The position numbers and the translations under genes were made by a program. Positions 12,433 through 24,500 of a stretch of 43,628 bases of DNA are shown one piece after another (positions within the stretch are counted from its first letter, which is position 1; each line of letters opens with the position of its first letter). The notes below the pieces were generated by a model. That model saw only the letters and a list, made by a program, of their open reading frames with translations, ran no database searches and was not told where the DNA came from. The stretch is from the NCBI GenBank assembly GCA_021432655.1, contig MU271200.1, positions 1 to 43,628 of the forward strand, written 5' to 3'. Source of the stretch: Atractiella rhizophila (taxonomy: Eukaryota).

Positions 12433-12690
12433 CTTCGTTATCGAGCCAAATCGAGAGCAAAAATGACCAATAGATGGTTGTTTAGAAATTTTGGCAGGCG
12501 ATCATGTCGCATTCTGGCTCGTGATTCTAAACTTCAAACCTGGTAATGAATTCGCATTTTCTTTTCGCTTGTTGGGAAATCTCACTCAGAGTTGCTCTGA
12601 ATATTGTGGATCTCGAGGGACTTATCGAAGTGTGTGCTGCCTACGTGAGTTGGATGTTCTTATATCGGGTATCCGCTAAAATTGAGGCAG

Positions 12691-14290
12691 ATGTCGTTTC
12701 TCTACACACTCCCGACCACAGGACAGGTCAACTTCGCGACATTGCTCACTGCAACGTCTACATCCTCCATATCAAGCGTGAACAGCCAGTTGACGACTGC
12801 TACCGCTTCTCGTTCACGCCTCCGTGGAGTCTTAAAAGCATTGAAGAGGGAGAAAGAGAAGGGGAAAGATGGAGATCTGCACAAGGGTTGGTTAGGCGTT
12901 ATCCAGGTTCGTTCACCTTCACAAAATGAATGATGTTGCTGATCAACTCTTTACTTTCCAAGGCCGCTGAAGACTATCTACCTTTCCTGGTAGGCATCCT
13001 GAAAGGAGTTGAGGATGGAAGTCTAGAGCTGAAAGGCGAGCCAGGTAGCTGTTCCTCCTCTTGTGTCATAAATTTTCCTGACCTTGACTGCACAAGTGTT
13101 CAGCTGGAGATCTACGCTCTCAAAGAATCAAAACCCGATGAAACCGTCCCCACGCATAGAAGTATACGGCTTGTGTGTCCTCAGTTCATAATTCTTCTCT
13201 TATTAAGCGGCGTGTAGACGTTCGGACCTGCTCTTCGTGCTCACGACGCTCCTAATGGCACTTAGCAACCACAGCATCTCCATTTTATCCGGCATCGGGT
13301 CGTACGAACTCGACACGACCCTAACCGACGCTCAGCGGAAAGCCAAAGACGCACAACTGAACTCTGCCGTCGACTGTCTCTGTCGCGCAGCGGGCATCGC
13401 CGCATGGATGGGCTCTGCTGAGGGCATTGGACGATGGGAAGGAATGGGCAAGGAAGGGAATGCGGGAAAAGGAAAGGGGAAGGGTAAAGAGGTACCAATT
13501 GAATTGACGAGTGAGATGATGCAGGCTCTCCATGCGTGCGTTCATCCTCCTTGCTTCTTGCAAGGCGCGCGTCTGACAAGGTCATCGAAGGATATCCCTC
13601 GCCGATGCAGAGTCCCTTGCGATCCGTCGACTCCTCTCACTTTCCAAGACACACTCCTACCTAACAATCACCCCAGGCCCTCCTCTACCTAAAGGCCATC
13701 CGTCTCCCTCTATCCTCTCCAGGTTGCATCTCCAGGTTCGCTCCTCTTATCAACGGGGTCTTTCACTGCTCTCCTCCTCCTCCCTCTCAGAGGATTTCAA
13801 GCGCTATCTAGTAGAAGGAGAGCAAATGTCTTCTCTCCTCGCCTACAAATGGCTTGGTGTCGATGCTGGCGAGAATGGGACAAAAATCGGAGAGGCTATT
13901 GGATGGTTGGGGATGGCGAAGGAGGGGATGAAGGAAATGGTCGGGAGGGGATTGGGAAAAGAGAAGGAAAGGAAGAGGAAGAGGGTGAAAGAGGAACTGG
14001 AGGCTGTAGAGACCTATTTGAAGGCTTACAAGAAAGTCAACGATGCTGTATGTCTTCCTTTCAAGCCATATCCTTTGAAGTGGAGTCCAATGCTGATGTC
14101 GTGATAGGTGTCATTCCAAACTGTTCCTGAGAAGGGAGAGCTCCTAGCTAAAGTGCCTTCTGGTATCTCCGCTTGTAAAGCCAAGACTTTCGTGCTCCCT
14201 GAACCGTCCTTTCAGTCGTCGTCTACTGGCGAGCTTGACAGCGCTATTGGGGACTTGCAGATCGATGATAGCGATGAAGATAGCGACTGA
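12691..14290 (+). CDS. palC: PalC-like Bro1-domain pH-response protein (multi-exon)
   Basis: FLYTLPTTGQVNF start, AAEDYLPFLVG, VFSWRSTL, AVDCLCRAAGI, ISLADAESLAIR, AYKWLGVDAGE..IGEAIGWL, YKKVNDAVSFQTVP. An intron (12645-12690) ends right before the ATG, so the true start could be upstream at 12546. Confidence 0.8.
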
Positions 14291-14463
14291 GGTGCAAGCC
14301 TTTCTTTCTTGGTTCTGATAAAAGATTGTTGGGGAATGAAAACGTGTAACAACAAAGGAACTGTACAATCACATTGCATAACATGGCCAATGTATTCTGA
14401 TGGCTTACATTTCGAACAAAGAAGTAGACAAGGTTGAGGAAGCATGTGCTGATGCGATTGAAA

Positions 14464-17213
14464 TCAGGCAAGACTGTGGGTTTGGCTGAGTTCTTGATAA
14501 TCTCCCAACTGGCTCTCAGGCATTTGACTTCCCTCCCCTCCATCTTCACCTTCCCGGCCTTCCAACCTCCTCCTCTCCTCTGCAGCTCTTCTCTCTTCCT
14601 CCAAAGCCCTCAATGTCTTCTTCGCCGTCACCCACTTATCCAAACCAGGCGGCATCGGTAATCCTTCCCTGAGATACCGATTTTTGATGCTCCTCGCGTG
14701 ATCCTTCAAGGAGACATTATTCTGATCTTTGAACAGGTCTCCCTTCGTCCCATCCTTCCCCCACCTCTTCAAAATCTCATGCCACGGCCGCGCCAATGCG
14801 CCGTATCTATTCAAACATTGGATGAGAAGCTGTTCCTCCGGGCCTCCAGGTGCCCAAAAGCGTCTCTGAACCGGTCCATTTCGATCGAGACGATACTTAT
14901 TGAACGCGCTATCGTACTTCTCAGGTCTGACCGGCGCATTCGGTTCGCCATCAGAAGGGGGATCATCGACAGGCGGCAGCTCTCTAGCCTTCGGCTTTCC
15001 ACGATTCGGACGCTTGTTGGTCGTGCGATACTTCTTCTTCTTCGACGGTTTCGTGCGAGAAGCCTCGTCATCCGTTGATTCTTCGAGGAATGGGCCAGAG
15101 GAGTGGGGTGCAGGTCGCTTCTGGCCGATGATCTGCGCGGGAGGATGCATCATTGGTGTCGATGGAGGCTGACTATCGCCCATGAATGCGCCTTCGAGGC
15201 TGGCGTCGGCGTCGAAAGCTGGGAAGGCTCCAACTCCTAAATCGCCGGCGTGCTCATACTCATTTCCATAGACATGACGCTCGCCATCTGCATCTTCGAA
15301 CTCGAGGGGATTAACAGGAATGTCGTCTGCATGAGCGGGATCGTTGACGCGCAAATTGGGGTCTATAACCTCCTCATTGTAAGTGGACCCACGTCTGAAC
15401 TCGATTGACGGGGTCCCTTGTGGCTGAGATTGAGACTCGAAGTTGGTCAAGCGAACGGCATCCTGTTGACGATCCATCATACTTCGTCTACACCAAAGTG
15501 GTTAACGACAACAACATTCAGCCGTTAGTTGAGCACGAACCCCTTCCCCTTTGCAGTTCCGACAACTCTGTCTAATCCTCCTTCCTTGTTGAATCGAATC
15601 TTGTCAACGGCGTCAGGCATAGGAGTTGAATTTGCAGCAGGTTCTCCACCACCCATATCGTGCTGTTGGTGTTCCCAGAAGTACGCTTCGTCAGCGAGTA
15701 ATTGGCTGTTTACGGGAGTCATCTGAGTGCCAACATTAGGACTGCCATAGAAATTCCCGTCCTTGTTAATCATCAGCATCCGTTCGAAACAGCAACATCT
15801 AGGGAAGGGAATAAACGCACTCTATGCAAGACGTCTCCACTTCCCACCGGCTCCCTTGAATACTCGAACTGGCTACTCGCCGGGGTCTCCCCATCCCGAA
15901 ACCTCTGTGCAGAGTTCTCGACTTCGCTTCTCTGCATTCCCTGCAAGCTCACATTGAGGTCGCGTAGGAAGTCTTGGCTTGCAGCAGCATCGAGTGCGGG
16001 CAAGACAGCGGCGATATCGAGGTCCCCACCGTCAGCTTCTGCTTCTGCGAGAGCAGCGCTTGGGACTGTCGGTGCATTGTCCAACAACAGGTCGAGGTCA
16101 GTGTGGCATAGATCGTTCATGTAGAACAGGACCTCTTGGGCCATTTCGTGGTAGGGAAACAAGTGCATTAGCTGATCGGCGTTTCCGCGTGCTTGCTCGA
16201 GCTGCTCAAAAGTGAATTAATCGGTGCGTACACTAAAGGGCAGGGATGGGATACCTTTTGCATCCATTCCTTGCAAATCTGATTATACTTGGCTTCTGTC
16301 TTGCGTTCTTTTGTAGGGTTCCTCTTATACCTCTTTCTGTCCGACTCATCTGGAGGTTGGAAGTTATCCGCCAGTTTGGACTCAAAGACGGCTTCGAGAG
16401 GTTGATTGGTGCCACTTTGAAGGGAGAGAATATAGTACTATTCCGCCTTCGTCTCAACAGTCGAAAGTTCATCAGGGAGGACTACTTACCTGGGCTTTCA
16501 TGCTCCCCAATATGCTCAACACCCTATCATCGCCATCCCTCCACTCCTTCCATGGCACCACCCGCCCAAATCCATCCAAAGCCTCCACAAAATAATCCAG
16601 CCGCTCGCTCCTGCTTTGCTCACTCCATTGTTCCTCGTTCTGGCTCGTTTGGCTGTCAGCATCGTTTGGCTGGCTCGCAGGAGGGTGCGCTGCGAAGATG
16701 CGTTGGAGGAATGTAGCACGGTTGGACCAGACGAGCGCGACTGGAATAGAGTGAGTGGAACTGAACGCGGCGGCGGTTGTGCGTGGGATGTACGCCTCGA
16801 GATGTTGGCGAGTCAGAAAGAGGTTGGAAAAGTAGCCATCTCTTATCCCTAACCAATCACAATCGGTCGCCATAATCAACCCGTTAGCCATTAACCGGTG
16901 TTGTCCACGATAGATCCGTGACAAAAAGGACAACGAACGTACCTTCAAAAGCTCTAACTTCAGGGGCAAACGCCTTCCCTTCACGCGTCCAATCCTCCGT
17001 ATTCACATTACTCCCAAGATAGCTCTGCAACACCTCAATCGCGAATGTCTGCAGTCTTCCCGCTCTCTCCTCCAACGTCGATTTCTTCGCTTCCGAATCA
17101 AGCGCCAACAATGACCTCCTCGGCCCACCACGTCTCCCTCCCGCGGCAGGCCCAGTACCTCCCAACGCGTCAGCTGGATGAAGGAAGCCAGAAGAGTCAA
17201 CAACCGGAGGCAT
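14464..17213 (-). CDS. TBF1: Tbf1/TRF-like telomere-repeat binding factor (N-terminal TRF-like region, C-terminal telobox Myb domain)
   Basis: C-terminal RRFW...EEQLLIQCLNRYG...WHEILKRWGKDG...FKDQNNVSLKDHARSIK...MPPGL resembles the Tbf1 Myb domain; N-terminal SNRATFL and SMKAQ resemble the fungal TRF domain. Orthology to Tbf1 specifically is inferred. Confidence 0.72.
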
Positions 17214-17905
17214 CGTAGGGTTGTGGGTAGGGGCAGCGATGCTCGTTCGTTGTTTTTCTTAGGGGTAGGGCCCCAAACAAGGTCGGAGATACGAGGTCAT
17301 GGTTGCAGGTCACATGACCTATATTTTCTTGAATGCCACTTCAACGGTTCAACGTCGGATCGTTTATCAGGAGAGACGAGACTGGCTTGCACCGTGCATA
17401 GGGAAGAGCCGCGACGCCCCGTATGATAACGGAGCCAGTTCCCCACTACTGCTTTCTCTCGAGAGCACCCGGATCAGTTATCGAGCTGCAATTGCTTCCA
17501 CCCTGGGGCTCCACGTCTTGCTCTCTGCTTTCTGCTTCCCGCTTTGCTGTTCCTCTCTAAAAGTTGTTTATCGGCCACGACAAAGGCTCGTCCCGCCCAA
17601 TTTGAACATGTCAACAATTGTAGCTTAGCCGACGAACTGCCAATCAAGGTGCAATCCATTTCCGTCACTCAACGCGGCTCAACGTCACTGGTTGATTGCA
17701 ATCTCTGGCAGAAGCCTATCTGAGCCAGTCTGAGCCTATTACTGTGAACGTGGACCCGTGAAACGCGATGAATAACGTCCAATTCCGGGCAGGAGGCGTT
17801 CAGCTCCCGTATCCCCACCTCTATCGAGGGTTGCTCGCCTCTCTTCCCCTCCCGAACTCCTCCTGTCTTCTCCTTGCACTTCTCCATCGGCGGCTTGTTC
17901 GAAGG

Positions 17906-17913
17906 TATAAAAG
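17906..17913 (+). promoter_or_regulatory. TATA box of the ADH1-like gene
   Basis: TATAAAAG 95 bp upstream of ATG 18001, preceded by a pyrimidine-rich tract. Confidence 0.5.
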
Positions 17914-18000
17914 CATTAGGTCTAGTCCATATCCCTCAAGGTCCTACCACAATCTCCTTCTACTTCACAGCCTCGAATCTTCAACGAACCAACAACCGCA

Positions 18001-19411
18001 ATGGCTCAAAATATCCCAAAGACTCAAAAAGTCGCCATCTTCCACGAACTCAACGGTCCCATCAAGATTGAGGATGCCCCAGTCATCCAACCGGATCAAC
18101 TGAAGGCTGGAGAGGCGTTGGTGAACGTCAAATTCTCTGGAGGTTCGCTTGCCCCTCTTTCAACATACTCGGTGCGGTGCTAATAACGCTGGTAGTGTGT
18201 CATACCGATTTGCACGCTAACAAAGGAGATTGGCCCATTAAGCCCAAGGTCCCGCTGATTGGTGGCCATGAGGGAGCCGGTATCATCGTCGCCATTGGCA
18301 AAGGGACAGAGACCGATCTCAAAGTTGGAGATCCTGTAGGAATCAAGTGGCTCGCCGACTCCTGCCTCAAATGCTCTGTCAGTCTTTCTCCTCCTCCCGC
18401 AACCACTTTTGTCTCCCTTCTAATCAAAGTTTGGCGTGGCAAAAAGTTCTGTCGACAAGGCCATGAGCCGAACTGTCAATCTGCAAAACTCTCCGGTTAC
18501 ACCCAAGACGGCTCGTTCCAGCAGTATGCCGTCTCGTTCACAAGGCACCTCTCCAAGATCCCTGAGGGTCTGAGCCTTGCCGATGCCGCTCCCATCCTTT
18601 GTTCGTTTATTTCGTTCTCATCCTGACAAGCTTCCTCAATAACTCGTGCTGTAGGCGCTGGTGTCACGGTCTATCGCGCTCTTCTTAACTCGGGACTGAA
18701 GGCTGGAGAGTGGATTGCGCTTCCGGGAGCTGGAGGAGGATTGGGTCACGTAAGTCTGCTTCCCACCTCCTACCGTCTCTGCTAACTGATATGTGACAGC
18801 TGGCCGTTCAATACGCGAGGAACTGTGGTCTCCGTATCATCGCTGTCGACGTGAGTCTTCAATTCGCCTGTCACCTCATTGATTCGCTCTGACGGAAAAA
18901 ATAGACTGGAGCGGATAAGAAGAAATTGTGTATGGATCTCGGAGCAGACAAATGGGTCGACTTCCGCGAATCGAAAGACATCGTCAAGGACATGAAAGCG
19001 GCCACACCAGACGGTCTGGGTCCTCACGCCGCCATCATCACTTCGTCCGTCGGCGCTGCGTATGAGTGGGTTTCCACTGATCGACATCAAGAAAGAAGGG
19101 AGACTGATGAAATTAATGTGTGCAGGCAAGCGATGGAATACATTCGTCCCACTGGAACAGTCGTCGCTGTCGGGCTTCCCCCCGCGGCGAAAGTTTCGGC
19201 GGACGTCTTCTTCACTGTCTTCGATAGCAAGAAACTTGTCGGTTCTTATGTTGGCAACAGACAGGATGCGGAAGAGGCACTCGACCTTGCGGCTGCTGGA
19301 AGGGTTAAATGCCTTTATAAGGTTTTGCCTTTGAGCGAACTCCCGAACGTCTACAAAGATATGCATGATGGGAAGGTTGCGGGCAGGATCGTGCTTGATT
19401 TGAGCAAGTAG
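18001..19411 (+). CDS. ADH1: Zn-dependent alcohol dehydrogenase, fungal Adh1 type (multi-exon)
   Basis: IPKTQKVAIF, GVCHTDLHA..GDWP, GGHEGAG, VGIKWLADSC, SGYTQDGSFQQYA, AAPILCAGVTVY, GAGGGLGHLAVQYA, GSYVGNRQDAEEAL, GKVAGRIVLD. Confidence 0.92.
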
Positions 19412-19636
19412 TCACCTTCTTTGGGAAATCACAATTCAGTTGGATCTTGTTGGAACAATGGTTTGTACGTCGGGTTTCAGGTGAAATGGAGGTGTAGATA
19501 AAAACATAATGTATTTTATCGAGTTCGCAAAAGTTTTGGCCCAATTTATGGATTTTGACTCCAAATCATTCAGGACAAACTTTGTTTTCATTCCTTCATT
19601 GTACAATCGTTAAACAACAAAGCTTAAGAAATAAGT

Positions 19637-20413
19637 TCAACCAGTCCTGAGAATGAGATGGACGCCGGAGTCAGTGCTAATAGGACCCTGTTCACACCAT
19701 TGAGGACGCGACGAGCAGGAACTGGGGAGTACTCACACTCATTTCTCCAACCTTCAGAGCATAGGTGGCCTGCTCGAACGGAGCCTGCATCTGACCTCTC
19801 CCAAACCATCCTAACATCGTATCCACGAGTGGGTTAGCTCTCCAACCATCGGTAAAACGCAGATCGATGACAGACCTAGATCTCCGCCACTTCGAGCAGA
19901 CGAACAGTCGCTTTCGGTCTTGGCCAATCCGCCAAATTCTTGCATCAGCTCTGGCCCTTGAATAGAGCGCAGATGTTTTTCGTGCTCTTGAAGGATGCTG
20001 ACCGCCTCTTCCTTACTAATCGTGATGTTTTGCTGTTCCCATAAGCACAATCACTTTCAAATATCAAACAATGCACATCGTTGTTGAATGCGAGGGGAAA
20101 GGCAGAAAGAACGGCTTACGGTCTTCCAGGATGAAGGTCTCCTGCTATCACGGTGCTTGACGAGCAAATGACTAGCTCTGACCTTGCCGTCATTAGCTGC
20201 TGCGCTAACTCCAGCTGGCGAAGCGTTCAGGAGCTCTGCACCCGGAAGGCGCGCAATCTGTTCCGGTGTGAGATCTGAAGGTGCCTCCCACACTGATTGA
20301 CGAGTGGAGGAGTCGTAAAAGTACGGCCGGGAGCGTGAAGAGGAGAAGCGAATTTCCCACTGTGACTACCAGACTGTAAGTTACATCAGACTAGACATAG
20401 AGCGACATACCAT
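19637..20413 (-). CDS. ESS1: Parvulin-type peptidyl-prolyl isomerase Ess1/Pin1 (WW + rotamase)
   Basis: First coding exon is ATG only. WEIRFSSSRSRPYFY..WEAP, VRASHLLVKHRDSRRPSSWK, ESDCSSARSGGDLGWFGRGQMQ, TDSGVHLILRTG. Confidence 0.95.
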
Positions 20414-21529
20414 CGTGCTATCCGGAGAGAATCAAACGATGGTTTTCAAGGTGGACTTCGTGGTCGATTTCGACAACAAGGCTGTGGTTGCGCCGTGCGC
20501 TGACCCGCGCCATCGTGCGCATTGAGTGACGTCTTTAACCAGTTTCCTCTCAAACGTCCAAGTAGAACAACGCGTTTCTACCATTCATTATGCGTCTACC
20601 ATACAGAATCTTACCAGTTGCTTGCGGTAATATTGATTTTTGACGCTCAACTTGCGACGACAGATGTCACTGTGGTTTGAGCCGCATACTGAATATTCGC
20701 AAGAGGCCCAGTTTGGATTCTTGGGGAAATTGGCATTGTAAGAGTGATGCTGCTCTCCCAGGTGTGTAATTTGTTGAGTGGCAATTCGGACATGTATGCG
20801 GATGCAGGACATCCTGGTTGGAGAATTGTCCAGCTCGCTCAAGAGCCAAGTGCTATTCCGAAACTAATATCAATTATGATGAGCGAAATATCCGATCGCT
20901 AGCAATGCGGTCCTGTGTTCACACTTTCCTCATGCTTAGTACTGAGTGTTCGCCTTGGTGTTGCTGGCTGCTTCAGACAATACCCTACAGTGCCCTCCAC
21001 CTTGACTACAGGAGCAGTAAGATTTGTAAAGCATCTATCGTTTGGAACGCTTGTTTCGATTCGAGGAATCACTATAACGCTTATTCTATGATTATGGTAT
21101 CTTTTGTCACCTGTCAACCAAGGTGGTGATCCCCGATCAAGGCCGACCTGTTGGAGCCACATGAGCTTACCTCTGCATCTGGAAGATCTGAATGTCGCTT
21201 CGAGAAATTCACACCACGACTGCGACAGAACGAGGTGGTGCTCCCCGAGCGCCGTGAGTTTGTGTGCAAACTCGCCGACTCCCGAGACACTGAAGGGTAC
21301 TAAGGAGCAGTTATTGATTACTTTTCACCTCGAAGTTGTATGGAATTGGAGTGTCGCAAGTGGGAGGTAAAGCTTACGAGTTTGTGCCTTCGTCTCCGGG
21401 TGACGGTGTAGATCAGTAGTAGGACTGTCTCGCTACCTCTTCAGCTGTAGGAGAAAGTATAAAGACACGAAGAGAACGGGGTCGAGGCTCATAACACATT
21501 CATCACCATCACACAGATATTCTACAGAA

Positions 21530-23024
21530 ATGACAACCAAGACTCATCGGGCTGCTCTCATCACTGCTCCCAACTCGCCGTTTCAGATTGGAGAAGTGCC
21601 TACGAAAGAGCCGGGATATGGAGAAATTCGCATCAAGGTACGTACCAGCATTTGAATTTCAGAAATCATTGAAGAAGGGACAGGTTTCAGCGTGCGGAAT
21701 CTGCGCGACAGACCATCTTAGTGTGGAGGGTCTAGTGCCAGGGATCACCTTCACACTGGAGGTCACGAAGTGATTGGGAGGATTGATGCGATCGGTATTT
21801 GCTTTCCAACATTGATGCAGACGTGGACTAACGGCAACCTATACAAGGGCAAGAAGTGCCTCCTGTTTGGAAAGTTGGGCAAAGGGTGGGAGTTGGATAT
21901 GCTGGTGGCTATTGGTTTCGCTCCTTTATGTCGATTACTTGAGAAGTTCTGAAATTATCTACAGCGAAGTATGCGAGGGATGTCTTACCGGGGATACCGA
22001 GTCTTGTATTGGTCAAACTGTAAGGTTTCGATACCGTAGTACCGTAGATGCATTGGGCTCATTGCATCTCCTAGCCGACTGGACTGGGGCGTGATGGAGG
22101 ATGGCAAGAATACCTGAATGTACCAATTAAAGGTTCTAAGCTCCGTCTCTCTCATTTCCCATACTAACCTTTGTGTCATAGTGGTCGTCCGCATCCCAGA
22201 AGACAACTCTCAATCCGACCAGGAAGTAGCTCCTCTACTGTGCGCTGGTGTGACGGTTTTCGGCGCTCTGCGAGATGCGAAATACAAGCCTGGAGACGTA
22301 TGCATCATTCAAGGAATTGGAGGATTGGGACACCTCGCCATCCAATATGCTTCAAGACTGGGATTGCGAGTATTTGCCGTGTCGAACACCACCGATAAAA
22401 GGGAGCTTGTACAGCAACTTGGGGCGGAGGACGTCTGGACTACTGAAGAAGCTGTGCAGAAGGCGCAAGCATTAGGAGGAGCGAAGGTGATACTTGCGTA
22501 TGCTTTTTGAATAATCATCCCGCAGTTTTGTCATCATCCTTTGAGACAGGACTTCCCCAAATGTTCAATCCATCAATGCTCTGTTGCCAGCACTTGCGAA
22601 AAAGGGTCAGGCCCTCGTCGTTGGCCTGGGAGTGGACGACGAAATCAAAATTAACACAGTTTTCTTGGTAGCCAACAAGATCACTGTTCAGGGATCCGTG
22701 ACGGTAGCTTTTTCTCTCAAATGCTTCGTATTACAAGTACTTTTGCACTCAACATTCGGTCGGTTTGCAGGGTCAAATCAGCGTCCACGAAGATGCGGTG
22801 CGCTTTGCGATGCTGAAGAACGTCAGAGCTATGGTCAATGTGGGACTTCACTCCCTCATTTCTGATCAAAGAGAACTGATGTTGAATATACAGACTTTCC
22901 CTTTGGAAAAGATACAAGAGGCTTATGATGAAGTCATGAATGGCCGCCCCAAGTTTAGGTGAGGATGGTTCTGACGACGTTGCTCTCGCACTGACATGGA
23001 CACAGGAATGTAATACTCTTCTGA
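21530..23024 (+). pseudogene. Zn-dependent MDR alcohol dehydrogenase paralog with a frameshift near 21753 (pseudogene or sequence error)
   Basis: Exon-by-exon homologous to 40009-41556. The frame ...CGICATDH...PGITF stops at TGA 21771-21773, while the catalytic GHE (GGT CAC GAA, 21761-21769) is out of frame. Downstream exons are open. TATAAAG at 21458. Confidence 0.72.
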
Positions 23025-23252
23025 TCCAATGAACTTGTCCACAAAGATTTGATGGAAGTGACTCGTTAAATGGATGTGTAAGTAAGAAGATGCAGACTGC
23101 AATCCAATATATGTTGAATTCCATAGCTTTTCACTGTGTCAGCCATAATATCAAAATTTCAAATCGCCAGATCTGGAAGTTTAGTTCGCATCTCGATCAC
23201 ATTGAGCATTTCGCATCACCACGTCCTCATTCGGCAAGGCAATCATTCACCT

Positions 23253-24216
23253 ATGGAGCCTTCTCCCTCTCGCCCTTCTACGCCTACCTCAGCCGCAGCC
23301 TCTTCATCTTACGCCGTTGAAGCTACACAAGAATTGCCCATCATTCCGGAATTGAGAAAGAGGCACCCAACGCCATATTCCACGACTCACACGACGGAGC
23401 AGCCAACCACAAGTGTTGCGGAAGATGAAGGCAAGGAGAGCAAGGGAGTAACAGATCTAAAGGATGTTAAGGATGTGAAGGGGAAGGGTAAAGCAATCGA
23501 TGCTGAAGCTGGCAGTGAGGAGGAATCCGGGTTTTTCGACTGTCACATATGGTACGTTCTTGTCCCCGTCACGGGAGTGGGGAGTGGGGAAAGGAGGGAG
23601 AATGTCGTCTGATTGATATTATATGACTGGCGGCATCACAGCCTAGAAACAGCACGGGATCCAGTCCTTACACAGTGTGGACACCTCTTCTGCTGGTCGT
23701 GTCTCTACCTCTGGTTTTCCTCTCGTCCCTCCGCTGCTTCCTGCACCTGTCCAGTATGCAAAGCTCCTTCTTCCTCAACCACCGTCATCCCTATCTACGG
23801 TCGTGGCCGTCCGGCAGTTGATCCACGGTCGAAGCCTCCTCCACCGCGACCAAAAGCGACGCCTCCTCCTGCTCCGTCAAGGACTGGCTGGAATTTCAGT
23901 CCCATGGATACCTTTTTCGGTCCCGCATCTGCATCAGGAGCCGGAGGGGTAAGAGTGCACGCTGGACTTCATGCCGGCTTATTTCCGTTTCCGAGCATTG
24001 GGTTTACGTTTGGTGGAGGTGGAGGAACAGGGTTGATGGGCGGGGAAGGGGAGAGGTGGAGGGAGGAGAATGAGCGCGCGCAGACATTTGTATCAAGGGT
24101 TTTTGGGGTGTTGGCGTTGCTTATCATTCGTATGTCTTCGCTCTAGCATATGCCCGGCCTCGCTGAAGCAGATGGTTGATCTGTTTGTTGATTCAGTGAC
24201 GATGGTTTTCGGTTAG
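23253..24216 (+). CDS. RNF5/RNF185-like C3HC4 RING E3 ligase with C-terminal membrane anchor
   Basis: [30 protein letters not shown]...CPVCKA...VIPIYGRG...DPR..PPRP; hydrophobic C-terminus FVSRVFGVLALLII. Confidence 0.86.
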
Positions 24217-24500
24217 TCTCATCGCTCTTTATACCAATGGTCCAAAGCAGAGTTGATGCATGGTGGATGGCAAGATGTATATCTTATCGATTGAGTTGCT
24301 GTATGGAATTCTGCTTTCTTTCTTGGTAATGCTTCGGTATCGCAAATGTACATTAACACAAGTCATATATCCCACTCTTTACTCGTTTCACACTTGAAGG
24401 AACACTGATGCAACAAATCTTGACATTTTCTGTACATTTTCTTCTCGCTACAGTAATTTCACATCACGCTCTTCATCCTTCTTCTACTTAGTTGGCTTGA

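Noticed and set aside
19409..19490. Possible stop-codon readthrough giving a peroxisomal signal on ADH1
   Set aside because: The stop context is TAG TCA rather than TGA CTA, and the extension does not end in an SKL-like tripeptide.
20876..20946. ATGATGA...CTGA arrangement resembling a box C/D snoRNA
   Set aside because: No terminal stem and no rRNA-complementary guide that I could recognise; snoscan would settle it.
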